Made by a program: the position numbers and the translations under genes | Part shown: positions 14,127 to 28,500 of the stretch, piece after piece | Layout: each line of letters begins with the position of its first letter | Numbering within the stretch: position 1 is the stretch's first letter | Origin: Octopus vulgaris | Taxonomy: Eukaryota | Direction of reading: 5' to 3' | Length of the DNA: 64,000 nt | Assembly: GCA_951406725.2 (NCBI GenBank) | Contig: OX597822.1 | Location: 112,592,001 to 112,656,000, forward strand | Notes under the pieces: model-generated | What the model saw: only the letters and a program-made list of their open reading frames with translations | Told to the model about the DNA's origin: nothing | Databases searched by the model: none

Positions 14127-17100
14127 CTGAAAAAGAGAGAGAAATAAAATAAACAAATGTATATTTGGAAAAGTATAAGAGATTGCTAGTTAATAAGAGA
14201 CTGCTAGTTAATACAAATGTACATTTGGAAAAGTATAAGAGATTGCTAGTTAATACAAATGTACATTTGGAAAAGTATAAGAGATTGCTAGTTAATAAGA
14301 GACTGCTAGTTAATACAAATGTACATTTGGAAAAGTATAAGAGATTGCTAGTTAATACAAATGTACATTTGGAAAAGTATAAGAGACTGCTAGTTAATAA
14401 GAGACTGCTAGTTAATACAAATGTACATTTGGAAAAGTATAAGAGATTGCTAGTTAATACAAATGTATATTTGGAAAAGTATAAGAGACTGCTAGTTAAT
14501 AAGAGACTGCTAGTTAATACAAATGTACATTTGGAAAAGTATAAGAGATTGCTAGTTAATAAGAGACTGCTAGTTAATACAAATACAAATGTACATTTGG
14601 AAAAGTATAAGAGATTGCTAGTTAATACAAATGTATATTTGGAAAAGTATAAGAGACTGCTAGTTAATAAGAGACTGCTAGTTAATACAAATGTACATTT
14701 GGAAAAGTATAAGAGATTGCTAGTTAATAAGAGACTGCTAGTTAATACAAATGTACATTTGGAAAAGTATAAGAGATTGCTAGTTAATACAAATGTATAT
14801 TTGGAAAAGTATAAGAGACTGCTAGTTAATAAGAGATTGCTAGTTAATACAAATGTACATTTGGAAAAGTATAAGAGATTGCTAGTTAATAAGAGACTGC
14901 TAGTTAATACAAATGTACATTTGGAAAAGTATAAGAGATTGCTAGTTAATACAAATGTATATTTGGAAAAGTATAAGAGACTGCTAGTTAATAAGAGACT
15001 GCTAGTTAATACAAATGTACATTTGGAAAAGTATAAGAGATTGCTAGTTAATACAAATGTATATTTGGAAAAGTATAAGAGACTGCTAGTTAATAAGAGA
15101 CTGCTAGTTAATACAAATGTACATTTGGAAAAGTATAAGAGATTGCTAGTTAATACAAATGTATATTTGGAAAAGTATAAGAGACTGCTAGTTAATAAGA
15201 GACTGCTAGTTAATACAAATGTACATTTGGAAAAGTATAAGAGATTGCTAGTTAATACAAATGTATATTTGGAAAAGTATAAGAGAGTTAATACAAATGC
15301 TAGTTAATAAGAGACTGCTAGTTAATACAAATGTACATTTGGAAAAGTATAAGAGATTGCTAGTTAATACAAATGTATATTTGGAAAAGTATAAGAGACT
15401 GCTAGTTAATAAGAGACTGCTAGTTAATACAAATGTACATTTGGAAAAGTATAAGAGATTGCTAGTTAATACAAATGTATATTTGGAAAAGTATAAGAGA
15501 TTGCTAGTTAATAAGAGACTGCTAGTTAATACAAATGTACATTTGGAAAAGTATAAGAGATTGCTAGTTAATACAAATGTATATTTGGAAAAGTATAAGA
15601 GATTGCTAGTTAATAAGAGACTGCTAGTTAATACAAATGTACATTTGGAAAAGTATAAGAGATTGCTAGTTAATACAAATGTATATTTGGAAATGTATAA
15701 GAGACTGCTAGTTAATAAGAGACTGCTAGTTAATACAAATGTACATTTGGAAAAGTATAAGAGATTGCTAGTTAATACAGAGACTGTATAGTTGGAATAC
15801 ATAAGAGATTTGCTAAAGTTAATAAGAGACTGCTAGTTAATACAAATGTACATTTGGAAAAGTATAAGAGATTGCTAGTTAATACAAATGTATATTTGGA
15901 AAAGTATAAGAGACTGCTAGTTAATAAGAGAGACTCTGCTAGTTAATACAAATGTACATTTGGAAAAGTATAAGAGATTGCTAGTTAATACAAATGTATA
16001 TTTGGAAAAGTATAAGAGACTGCTAGTTAATAAGAGACTGCTAGTTAATACAAATGTACATTTGGAAAAGTATAAGAGATTGCTAGTTAATACAAATGTA
16101 TATTTGGAAAAGTATAAGAGATTGCTAGTTAATAAGAGACTGCTAGTTAATACAAATGTACATTTGGAAAAGTATAAGAGATTGCTAGTTAATACAAATG
16201 TATATTTGGAAAAGTATAAGAGACTGCTAGTTAATAAGAGACTGCTAGTTAATACAAATGTACATTTGGAAAAGTATAAGAGATTGCTAGTTAATAAGAG
16301 ACTGCTAGTTAATACATTTGGAAAAGTATAAGTAGTTAATACATGTTGGAAAAGTATAAGAGATTAGCTAGTTAATACAAATGTACATTTGGAAAAGTAT
16401 AAGAGATTGCTAGTTAATACAAATGTATATTTGGAAAAGTATAAGAGACTGCTAGTTAATAAGAGACTGCTAGTTAATACAAATGTACATTTGGAAAAGT
16501 ATAAGAGATTGCTAGTTAATAAGAGACTGCTAGTTAATATAAATGTACATTTGGAAAAGTATAAGAGATTGCTAGTTAATACAAATGTATATTTGGAAAA
16601 GTATAAGAGACTGCTAGTTAATAAGAGACTGCTAGTTAATACAAATGTACATTTGGAAAAGTATAAGAGATTGCTAGTTAATACAAATGTATATTTGGAA
16701 AAGTATAAGAGACTGCTAGTTAATAAGAGACTGCTAGTTAATACAAATGTACATTTGGAAAAGTATAAGAGATTGCTAGTTAATACAAATGTATATTTAA
16801 GGAAAAGTATAAGAGACTGCTAGTTAATAAGAGACTGCTAGTTAATACAAATGTACATTTGGAAAAGTATAAGAGATTGCTAGTTAATAAGAGACTGCTA
16901 GTTAATACAAATGTACATTTGGAAAAGTATAAGAGATTGTTAATAAAGACTAATACAAATGTACATTTGGAAAAGTATAAGAGACTGCTAGTTAATACAA
17001 ATGTACATTTGGAAAAGTATAAGAGATTGCTAGTTAATAAGAGACAGTTAATACAAATGTACATTTGGAAAAGTATAAGAGATTGCTAGTTAATAAGAGA

Positions 17101-20100
17101 CTGCTAGTTAATACAAATGTACATTTGGAAAAGTATAAGAGATTGCTAGTTAATACAAATGTACATTTGGAAAAGTATAAGAGACTGCTAGTTAATACAA
17201 ATGTATATTTGGAAAAGTATAAGAGATTGCTAGTTAATACAAATGTACATTTGGAAAAGTATAAGAGATTGCTAGTTAATAAGAGACTGCTAGTTAATAC
17301 AAATGTACATTTGGAAAAGTATAAGAGATTGCTAGTTAATAAGAGACTGCTAGTTAATACAAATGTACATTTGGAAAAGTATAAGAGATTGCTAGTTAAT
17401 AAGAGACTGCTAGTTAATACAAATGTACATTTGGAAAAGTATAAGAGATTGCTAGTTAATAAGAGACTGCTAGTTAATACAAATGTACATTTGGAAAAGT
17501 ATAAGAGACTGCTAGTTAATACAAATGTACATTTGGAAAAGTATAAGAGATTGCTAGTTAATAAGAGATTGCTAGTTAATACAAATGTACATTTGGAAAA
17601 GTATAAGAGATTGCTAGTTAATAAGAGACTGCTAGTTAATACAAATGTACATTTGGAAAAGTATAAGAGATTGCTAGTTAATAAGAGACTGCTAGTTAAT
17701 ACAAATGTACATTTGGAAAAGTATAAGAGATTGCTAGTTAATAAGAGACTGCTAGTTAATACAAATGTACATTTGGAAAAGTATAAGAGACTGCTAGTTA
17801 ATACAAATGTACATTTGGAAAAGTATAAGAGATTGCTAGTTAATAAGAGATTGCTAGTTAATACAAATGTACATTTGGAAAAGTATAAGAGATTGCTAGT
17901 TAATAAGAGACTGCTAGTTAATACAAATGTACATTTGGAAAAGTATAAGAGATTGCTAGTTAATAAGAGACTGCTAGTTAATACAAATGTACATTTGGAA
18001 AAGTATAAGAGACGGCTAGTTAATAAGAGACTGCTAGTTAATACAAATGTACATTTGGAAAAGTATAAGAGACTGCTAGTTAATAAGAGACTGCTAGTTA
18101 ATACAAATGTACATTTGGAAAAGTATAAGAGACTGCTAGTTAATACAAATGTACATTTGGAAAAGTATAAGAGATTGCTAGTTAATAAGAGACTGCTAGT
18201 TAATACAAATGTACATTTGGAAAAGTATAAGAGATTGCTAGTTAATAAGAGACTGCTAGTTAATACAAATGTACATTTGGAAAAGTATAAGAGATTGCTA
18301 GTTAATAAGAGACTGCTAGTTAATACAAATGTACATTTGGAAAAGTATAAGAGATTGCTAGTTAATAAGAGACTGCTAGTTAATACAAATGTACATTTGG
18401 AAAAGTATAAGAGATGGCTAGTTAATAAGAGACTGCTAGTTAATACAAATGTACATTTGGAAAAGTATAAGAGACTGCTAGTTAATACAAATGTACATTT
18501 GGAAAAGTATAAGAGACGGCTAGTTAATAAGAGACTGCTAGTTAATACAAATGTACATTTGGAAAAGTATAAGAGACTGCTAGTTAATACAAATGTACAT
18601 TTGGAAAAGTATAAGAGATGGCTAGTTAATAAGAGACTGCTAGTTAATACAAATGTATATTTGGAAAAGTATAAGAGATTGCTAGTTAATAAGAGACTGC
18701 TAGTTAATACAAATGTACATTTGGAAAAGTATAAGAGATTGCTATTTAATAAGAGACTGCTAGTTAATACAAATGTACATTTGGAAAAGTATAAGAGATT
18801 GCTAGTTAATAAGAGACTGCTAGTTAATACAAATGTACATTTGGAAAAGTATAAGAGACTGCTAGTTAATACAAATGTACATTTGGAAAAGTATAAGAGA
18901 CTGCTAGTTAATACAAATGTACATTTGGAAAAGTATAAGAGATTGCTAGTTAATAAGAGACTGCTAGTTAATACAAATGTACATTTGGAAAAGTATAAGA
19001 GATTGCTATTTAATAAGAGACTGCTAGTTAATACAAATGTACATTTGGAAAAGTATAAGAGATTGCTAGTTAATAAGAGACTGCTAGTTAATACAAATGT
19101 ACATTTGGAAAAGTATAAGAGACTGCTAGTTAATACAAATGTACATTTGGAAAAGTATAAGAGACTGCTAGTTAATACAAATGTACATTTGGAAAAGTAT
19201 AAGAGACTGCTAGTTAATAAGAGACTGCTAGTTAATACAAATGTACATTTGGAAAAGTATAAGAGACTGCTAGTTAATAAGAGACTGCTAGTTAATACAA
19301 ATGTACATTTGGAAAAGTATAAGAGATTGCTAGTTAATAAGAGACTGCTAGTTAATACAAATGTACATTTGGAAAAGTATAAGAGATTGCTAGTTAATAA
19401 GAGACTGCTAGTTAATACAAATGTACATTTGGAAAAGTATAAGAGATTGCTAGTTAATAAGAGACTGCTAGTTAATACAAATGTACATTTGGAAAAGTAT
19501 AAGAGACTGCTAGTTAATAAGAGACTGCTAGTTAATACAAATGTACATTTGGAAAAGTATAAGAGATTGCTAGTTAATAAGAGACTGCTAGTTAATACAA
19601 ATGTACATTTGGAAAAGTATAAGAGATTGCTAGTTAATAAGAGACTGCTAGTTAATACAAATGTACATTTGGAAAAGTATAAGAGATTGCTAGTTAATAA
19701 GAGACTGCTAGTTAATACAAATGTACATTTGGAAAAGTATAAGAGATTGCTAGTTAATAAGAGACTGCTAGTTAATACAAATGTACATTTGGAAAAGTAT
19801 AAGAGACGGCTAGTTAATAAGAGACTGCTAGTTAATACAAATGTATATTTGGAAAAGTATAAGAGACTGCTAGTTAATACAAATGTATATTTGGAAAAGT
19901 ATAAGAGACGGCTAGTTAATAAGAGACTGCTAGTTAATACAAATGTATATTTGGAAAAGTATAAGAGACTGCTAGTTAATACAAATGTACATTTGGAAAA
20001 GTATAAGAGACGGCTAGTTAATGTAAAATAACTATGCAATAGATTATGCGAATGAATTTAAATCATTGAATTGAAAATCGTATACCTCCATTTAATATTC

Positions 20101-23100
20101 ATTTTTATAAACTTAATATATACCCATGTTATTCTTAAGGTTTTTTTCTACAAAACTGGGAATTTAACGGTGGAGTCAGTGAAATGTTGGGTATATATAT
20201 GTTTCTCTCCTTGTTTCTTTCTATGGAAGAGCATAGGCTCGAAACGTAAAAGACTTTCAATTCCCGAGTGTGATATAGTTACAAAGTCAGTTTGAAATAG
20301 TTGCAGAAGACTGGGGTGAGAGTGGATAAAATTCCAAGCCAAAGTGAGTGGTAGTAGATATAATAAAAATACACTTAATGGCATCCCAGCAACGACTGTC
20401 CCACCATTTCGTATATCAGGGACAGAATTGTCTAACATCTTCCTTTTCTTAAGATGGTTGGGTGTGATTTGAAAGAAACTTGGTTGTTATTCTTAGCTGG
20501 GTGAACAACCATAAAGCTAATCCTAAACTATAATCTGAATGCTGGTAAGTAAGTGTTAACATATTTAAAGTGCAGCAATGATAAAATCAAACAATAATCA
20601 ATAACACTTCATTTTTGCAGCTGGTAAAAAAAAAAACTGCCAGCATTTTCAGCATTAAATATATAAGAATTTCAATGATGTCACAAGATTATTTAATTTA
20701 TAAACAATTCCATTTTGCTGAGAAAATAGACATTTCTTTATAATTTCTTAGCAGCAGCTCCTTTGTTATCATTGTGCTAAGTTATGAGTTTATTATACTT
20801 TACTGATGGTACAAATAGTAAGAAGATATAACCACTGTTGTCAACTGTACTCTCTTTACTCACTTTTACTTGTTTCAGTCATTTGACTGTGGCCATGCTG
20901 GAGTACCACCTTTAGTTGAGCAAATCGAACCTAGGACTTATTCTTTGTAAGCCTAGTACTTATTCTATCGGCGTCTTTTGCTGAACTGCTAAGTTACGGG
21001 GCCGTAAACATACCAGCATCAGTTGTCAAGTGATGTTGGGGGGACAAACACACACACACACACATATTATACGACAGGCTTCTTTCAGTTTCCATCTACC
21101 AAATCCACTCACAAGGCTTTGGTCGGCCCGAGGCTATAGTAGAAGACACTTGCCCAAGGTGCCATGCAGTGGGACTGAACCTGGAACCATGTGGTTGGTA
21201 AGCAAGCTATTTACCACACAGCCACTCCTGCGCCTTTCAAGAAGAACAGAACTCTTAGTCATTCATTAATTATCTTACTTTTAAACTCACTGCATAATTT
21301 AGTTCTACTTTAAGATTTTTAATGCTTTATCCCTTGAATATACAGCCACCCACTTTACTGTCTATGATACTGATGGTGTCTCAATTATTTGACTTATAAA
21401 CAATTTTGCTCTTTGCTTTGTGTTTACTCTGTTGGTGTTTAACTGTCATATTTCTACATATAGAGATGTTTGGAATAGGATGAAATACAAAGCCTTCTCC
21501 ACAGCTTGTTACCTCACCCTCAACCTGTCAGAGTCACTTCTTACAAAACATCAAAAATAAATATCACCTGAATTGTAATAGAGATTATGTGTTCCAATCA
21601 AGATTTTAGAGAGGTTTAGTAACGTAATAATAACTAATTTTATATACCACTGTGTCAGTGAATAGAATATAGGAATAGAATATAGGAACCTAAAAAAAAT
21701 TGCTCCTAAAATAAGGATCACCTTAAACAGCAAAAACAGAATCTAGATCTTAACCTGTGGACTTGTGATGCAAAGATTACAAATTAAAGAAAATACCAGC
21801 GGTGTATTTAACATTTTTTAACATATTACCATATAATATATACACTGTAACTAAATCTGTAAATCTATTTCATATAAATGGTAAAATTATATTTAACCCC
21901 TTGCTAGCTCTTGTAAAATAACCACTGCCTAAACAGGGTCGTTACGGCTTGGGAAACTCCAGCCAGTAACATTTAATGTATTATAAATTGACAGTACTTA
22001 GTTGTTATTTGAAATGAATTGGCATGAATTTTAAGAGTCACAGTAGTGTGCTTGACAGTACCATTCTAGTGGTTATTGAGATGATTAACTATTGAAATAG
22101 TAAACTCTTAAGTGCTTAGGCTTTTGCAACTGTCGGAACACTGTCCTATTGACATGTAGAAACATTCATATAATTATAGGTTATGAAGGTTAATTTTAGT
22201 TCTATGTATATTAAATTTGCTAAAAATAACATTTGTCTTGTGAAGAATTCATATATGTATAAGAAAAAAACCTACTGCTACAAAATATTACCATGTAAGT
22301 AATATTACACCATGAGCATAGCTGAAACTTTACTTTTTGAGGGGAAGTTCCTGGAATTGGTCTTATATACTCTTATATACTCAGTCACCTTATACACTAA
22401 TATATATAATATTGGTTGTTGGTTAACTCTAAGGCTGTCCTGATTGAGCATTTTTTTTTTTATTTATGCGTCCTTTTCAAGCCTAGCCAGGCTCATGGGC
22501 CCGGTTTCCCAGTTTCTGTGGCATATGTGTTCCCTCCAGCTGGACGGAATGCCAGTCCATCGCAGTGCTACTCAAGAAACAAGAAGAAAGAGCGAGAGAA
22601 AGTTGGGGCAAAAGAGTGCAACAGGGGTCGCCGCTACCCCCTGCGGGAGCCTTGGGGAGCTTTAGATGTTTTCACTCAATAAACGCACACAATGCCCAGT
22701 CTGGGAATCAAAACCGCGATCCCCCAACTGCGAGTCCACTGTCCTAACCACTGGGCCATTGCACCTCCACAATATACATGCCAGTATTATATACTGATTG
22801 AGCCTACCTATGATCAAATGCGTTTTAACATCGATCATCTTGTCCTTTTTGTTTATCTAGGACTACACTGTTCTATGTGTCCTTTCTTATTTGTGGTAAT
22901 ATGGTGCAATTCAAAAAATTGACTGCTCTTTCTAAGAACAAGTGACTGCTTCTTCATTGGGCTTCCTTATACCAAGCTGGTGGTGACCACCAGAAATCAT
23001 GTTAGATCATTGATGTTATGAGGTTTTGATGAAAATTTTATTTTAAAGAAAAATGTTTTTATATAGGTAGTCCCAGATTTGTTGGCATTAAAATGGTTAA

Positions 23101-25550
23101 GTGCAATTAGTATGAAATTAATCCTCTCAAAGAAACATGATTAAAAGTACTCAAGAAAATGTAACACATCTTGTGGAAATATCACCTGAGATAAACAACT
23201 GAATTAAGTTTCAAGTACAGGTGTTCACGAAAATGTTAAAAAGATAATTTTAAAAATTCTAAAAGTACATACCGATGCCAGTTCTTGCAAATAGCACCAA
23301 TCACTTCTCCAACTCTGTCTTCTTGGCCTGGATGTTGAAGGCTTACAACAAGATCATTGCCATCCTTCATGTGGAATATAATAAGTTGGTCTGTATCTGG
23401 TGACACGCTCAGACCAGTTAGCTACAATAAAATACAGAATATTTATCTTACAAATGTTATTGATGTATAGTCAGCATTTGATGTCATGGCAATTACTGTA
23501 GTGCCAAATCAGCCTTAATTGAACAGGACAAGGATCAAAAATATTGCAACAACACTGGTTTGCGTGTGTGTGTGTATGTAGTAACTGGTATATAATGCTG
23601 GCATCTTTGGGTTTAATTATTGGTATATACTACTGGTATGCTTGTGTTGTTGGTATGTCAAGTTAAGTTAAGGTGGAGAGCTGGCAGAATCATTAGCACG
23701 CCGGGCGAAATGCGTAGCCATATTTTGTCTGCCATTACGTTCTGAGTTCAAATTCCGCCAAGGTCATCTTTGCCTTTCATCTTTTCAGGGTCGATAAATT
23801 AAGTACCAGTTACGCACTGGGGTTGATATAATCGACTTAATCCGTTTGTCTGTCCTTGTTTGTCCTCTCTGTGCTTAGCCCCTTGTGGGTAGTAAAGAAA
23901 TAGGTGTGTCAAGTTAATGTATGTATGTAGTTACAAATATGTGTGTGCATATAATTACTGGTATATAATACTGGCATGTATATATTTACTAGTGTATAAT
24001 ACTGGTATATGTATAGTTATTAGTATATAACACTGCTGTGTGTGTGAGAGTGTAGTTACAGGTATATGATACTATTTTTTTGGTATTATCCTGGTACATA
24101 ATATTGATGCATGAGGTTACTAGTACACAGTACTGATGTTTATGCAATTACTTGTGTATAATATTGGTATCTGTTAGTAGTTAGCGGTCATCATCATCCT
24201 CATCATCATTGTTTAACGTCCGCTTTCCATGCTAGCATGGACTGGATGATTTGACTGAGATCTGGCAAACCAGAAGGCTGCACCAGGCTCCAGTCTGATC
24301 TGACAGAGTTTCTACAGCTATATGCCCTTCCTAATGCCAACCACTCCGAGAGTGTAGTGGGTGCTTTTATGTGCAATTAATCTGATTAAAGCCAGTATAA
24401 AAACAGAAATTTATCACTTACATTAACAAATGGAATTCCAGATTTCATTAATTTAAATTTCTTTTTGTGATCAAACTTGTAAAAATGTCTGTCAGTGATG
24501 GCCACGGCTCTTTCAGATGACTTGTTGTTCTTATTAATCTGATGTAAAAAAAAAAAAGAAATACAGATATAATACTAAAAAAAGGTTGACTAAAGAATAT
24601 TCCTATGAAAGAACAAAGGAAGTTTCTTAGGTAGATAGCCAGAGAAAAAGAATAACAAAATAACAGCTGATGTAAATGCTGGTTGATTGTTCCAACCATG
24701 CTTTATAATGTATAGAGAGAGAGCAAGAGAGAGAATAAGAGATATAGAGAAAGTTAATATGGGTGCCATCAGAAAAGTCAGCAAATTGGGTCAGTGGGTT
24801 CCTCACAAACTTTCTGAGTCTCATTGCTTGCAGAGTGTGAATGTATGCTCTTCTTTGCTGTCACATTTCATGAATGAACCTTTTTTGAACCAAATAGTGG
24901 CTGGTGGCAAGAAATGGGTTCTCTATAAAAATGTCAAGCACCGAAGACAGTGGGTAGGGAAAGGAGAAACACTGGCACCCCAGGCTAAAGAAGGTCTTCA
25001 CCCATGTAAGTTTGCCTAGAGTAGAAAAGATTTTAAAGGCAGTGAGCTGGCAGAAATGTTAGCACACTGGACGAAATGCTTAGCGGTATTTTGTCTGTCT
25101 TTATGTTCTGAGTTCAAATTCCATTGAGGTCAACTTAGCTTTTCATCCTTTCAGGGTTGATAAATTAAGTGCCAATTGTGTACTGGGGTTGATCTAATCA
25201 ATAGGCCTACTCCCCAAACATTTTGGGCCTTATGCCTAGAGTAGAAAAGAATATTTGTTGGCAGAGGATTAATTAAAATACGATTCAAGTAAAAATAAAA
25301 AATAATTTTCCATGGACTTTTATGAATTCACATCAGTTCCCTCGAAGCTGCTTTTATTCAGTCTGGTTTCCCTAATTGTCCACTTAATAGGTGCAGGTGT
25401 GGCTAGAAGCTTGCTTCCCAACAATAAGGTTCTGGGTTCAGTCCCACAGAATGGTACCTTGGGCAAGTGTCTTCTACTATAGCCAAGGGTTGACCAAAGC
25501 TTTGTCAGTGGATTTGATAGACAGAAACTGAAGGAAGCCCATCATATATT

Positions 25551-25583
<33 letters not shown>

Positions 25584-28500
25584 GTATGTCTCTGCATCTG
25601 TGTGTCCCCCAACTCCACCACTTGACAATTAGTATTGGTGTCTTTAAATCCCATAACTTAGCAAATTGACAAGAGAGACCGACAGAATAAGTACCAAGTT
25701 TACCAAGAAGTAATTTAATTCAATAAAAAAACGCCTCAAGGTAGTGCCCTAGCATGGCCACAATCTAACGAATGAAACAAGTAAAAAATAGAAGAAAAAG
25801 ATTTATGGAAAAATAAAACTTTTAATAGATAGCTCTTTAAAACTATTTAAAACAGCCTGCTCGTGAAATTAATGTGTAAGTGGCTGAGCACTCCACAGAC
25901 ACGTGTACCCTTAACGTAGTTCTCGGGGATATTCAGCGTGACACAGAGAGTGACAAGGCCGGCCCTTTGAAATACAGGTACAACAGAAACAGGAAGTAAG
26001 AGTGAGAGAAAGTTGTGGTGAAAGAGTATAGCAGGGATCACCACCATCCCCTGCAGGAGCCTCGTGGAGCTTTAGGTGTTTTCGCTCAATAAACACTCAC
26101 AACGCCCGGTCTGGGAATCGAAACCGCGATCCTACGACCGCGAGTCCGCTGCCCTAACCACTGGGCCATTGCGCCTCCAAAACTATTGTAATGACATACA
26201 GCATGAGAGACAGCTGATGAAACACATAAGAACAGCTCAGAGGTTCTGCAATGTAGCCGTAACATGTTCCATTCTGGTCTGTTATCCGACCAAATTGTAC
26301 AATGCCATGAATGAATGTGTGGAATGCAGTATGAAATTTATGGTACATTGATTTTGTTTTGTTGTTTAGTTTCTCCATGCATGATTGAAGGCTTTGATAA
26401 CAATATCGATTCCCTGGGATACATTAACTGTAGTCGGCAATCCAACTACATTTGTTTGTCATAGGTTAAAAAACTATTATTGTATAGTTGTGTGTTTTAT
26501 GTCTGTTTGGATCAATCAGGCATTTCCCTTGGTATTATGCAATGGAGAACTTAATTGAAGAAAATATTTTGTAGGTTATAAAATTGCATGTATTTTCTGG
26601 GATTATCTAGGGATTACAACTTGGAAAATTTAATCATTTCACTTAAAATATGAGATTTATTTAAAACAAGACCTAACTATGGCATTAAAGTATTGAGTAA
26701 ATTATCAAGAAAAAAAAATTACTGAAAATGGAGAATTTATGTAAGTGATCTATTTTTTATTCTTTTCTTTTCTTTTATTCTTTTACTTGTTTCAGTCATT
26801 TGACTGCGGCCATGCTGGAGCACTGCCTTTAATCGAGCAACTCGACCCCGGGACTTATTCTTTTGTAAGCCCAGTACTTATTCTATCGGTCTCTTTTGCC
26901 GAACCGCTAAGTAACGGGAACATAAACACACCAGCATCGGTTGTCAAGCAATGCTAGGAGAACAAACACAGACACAAATACACACACACATATATATATA
27001 TACATATATACATATATACGACGGGCTTCTTTCAGTTTCCGTCTACCAAATCCACTCACAAGGCTTTGGTCGGCCCGAGGCTACAGTAGAAGACACTTGC
27101 CCAAGGTGCCACGCAGTGGGACTGAACCCGGAACCATGTGGTTGGTAAACAAGTTACCTACCACACAGCCACTCCTGCGCCTATTTATTTAGATTAACGA
27201 GGAAATAAAAAATATGAGAGTCAAAACTATTGAAAAAGTTGCAAGATGCAACGAAAATTTTAGGAGAATAAAAATAAGAAAAAAGTGGAAATTTTACTGG
27301 TGAGTGTGTTACGTAATAAGGCACAAAAAGAAAATGACTCTCCCCAGACACAACAAAAAATATGAGTTTCAATCATGTCAGCATCGTAATTAAAAAGATT
27401 TCAGAAATAATAACAAAAAAAAAAAGAAAAGAAAAAAGAGTTTGTAAATTAATTTTATGTTGTAAAAAAAAAAAAAAAAAAAAAAAGCAGAGGAGAAAAA
27501 AGAAAAAGCAAAAGTTACATAATGCTTCTAAAAGTTTTACGTCAGAAGAGCTTCTCAGTCAAGGGAGATAATCGATAAGAACACTGATATATGAGGTAAG
27601 ACATGAGAAAATGTTCTTTGTGTGGGTGTAGGTAAGGATGTGTGGATGTTTGTCCATAGTGGTGTATGTGTGTGTGTGTGTGTGTCTATGCTGTGTAGAT
27701 GTGAATAAAACTTAATGGTATGGAAGTAAAAGACAAATGGATAGACCAGAAGACAGGGTGTTTATGAGTTACAATGGGATGGTGCTTCTCGGCAGATGAA
27801 AGGATTTTTAGTTAACGGAAATAATGGACAAGAAAAGCTGTTGTAAATGCATTTTAAAGTATGTGTCAGTTGTGTTTTATGAATCAGAATCGAAATCGAT
27901 CAATGGAAATTGCAGCTGAGTTACCAGTGCCGGTGGCACGTAAGAGAACCATCCAAACGTGGGCGTTGCCAGCTCCGCCCCGACTGGCCTCGTGCCGGTG
28001 GCATGTAAAATGCACCATCCCTTCGTGGCCGTTGTCAGCGCCGCCCCGACTGGCCTCGTGCCGGTGGCACGTAAAAAGCACCATCCGTTCATGGCCATTG
28101 CCAGCCTCGCCTGGCACGTAAAAAGCACCCACTACACTCATGGAGTGGTTGGCGTTAGGAAGGGCATCCAGCCGTAGAAACATTGCCAGATCAAACTGGG
28201 CCTGGTGCAGCCTTCTGGCTTCCCAGATCCCAGTCGAACCGTCCAACCCATGCTAGCATGGAAAGCTGACGCTAAACGATGATGATGATGATGATGAAGA
28301 GAAAAGGCGGTAAAATGCAAGTTTATGTTCTTTAAGCATGTGTGTCTATGTGTGTGTTTGTGTATGAAGCCAGTATGCTCTGATGGATGTGTAATGTCAG
28401 TGTGCATACTCGACAGAGTGTAAGTACCTTGAGAGAAATGTTGGGCCTAAGAAGCATCAGTTGTGGTGTGCAAGAAAGACGACTGCGCTGGTATGTGGGA

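Noticed and set aside
15770-16380. Irregular units inside the satellite as possible insertions
   Set aside because: They are garbled versions of the same unit, most likely local decay or consensus error.
14153-20022. CRISPR-like array (palindromic repeats)
   Set aside because: No unique spacers, no cas genes, eukaryotic intron.
14165-20039. ORFs up to ~1000 aa on both strands of the satellite
   Set aside because: Units of 18, 42 and 60 bp are multiples of 3 with one stop-free frame per strand, so long ORFs arise automatically. Frames break at local indels, and the sense open frame is not in frame with the terminal exon.
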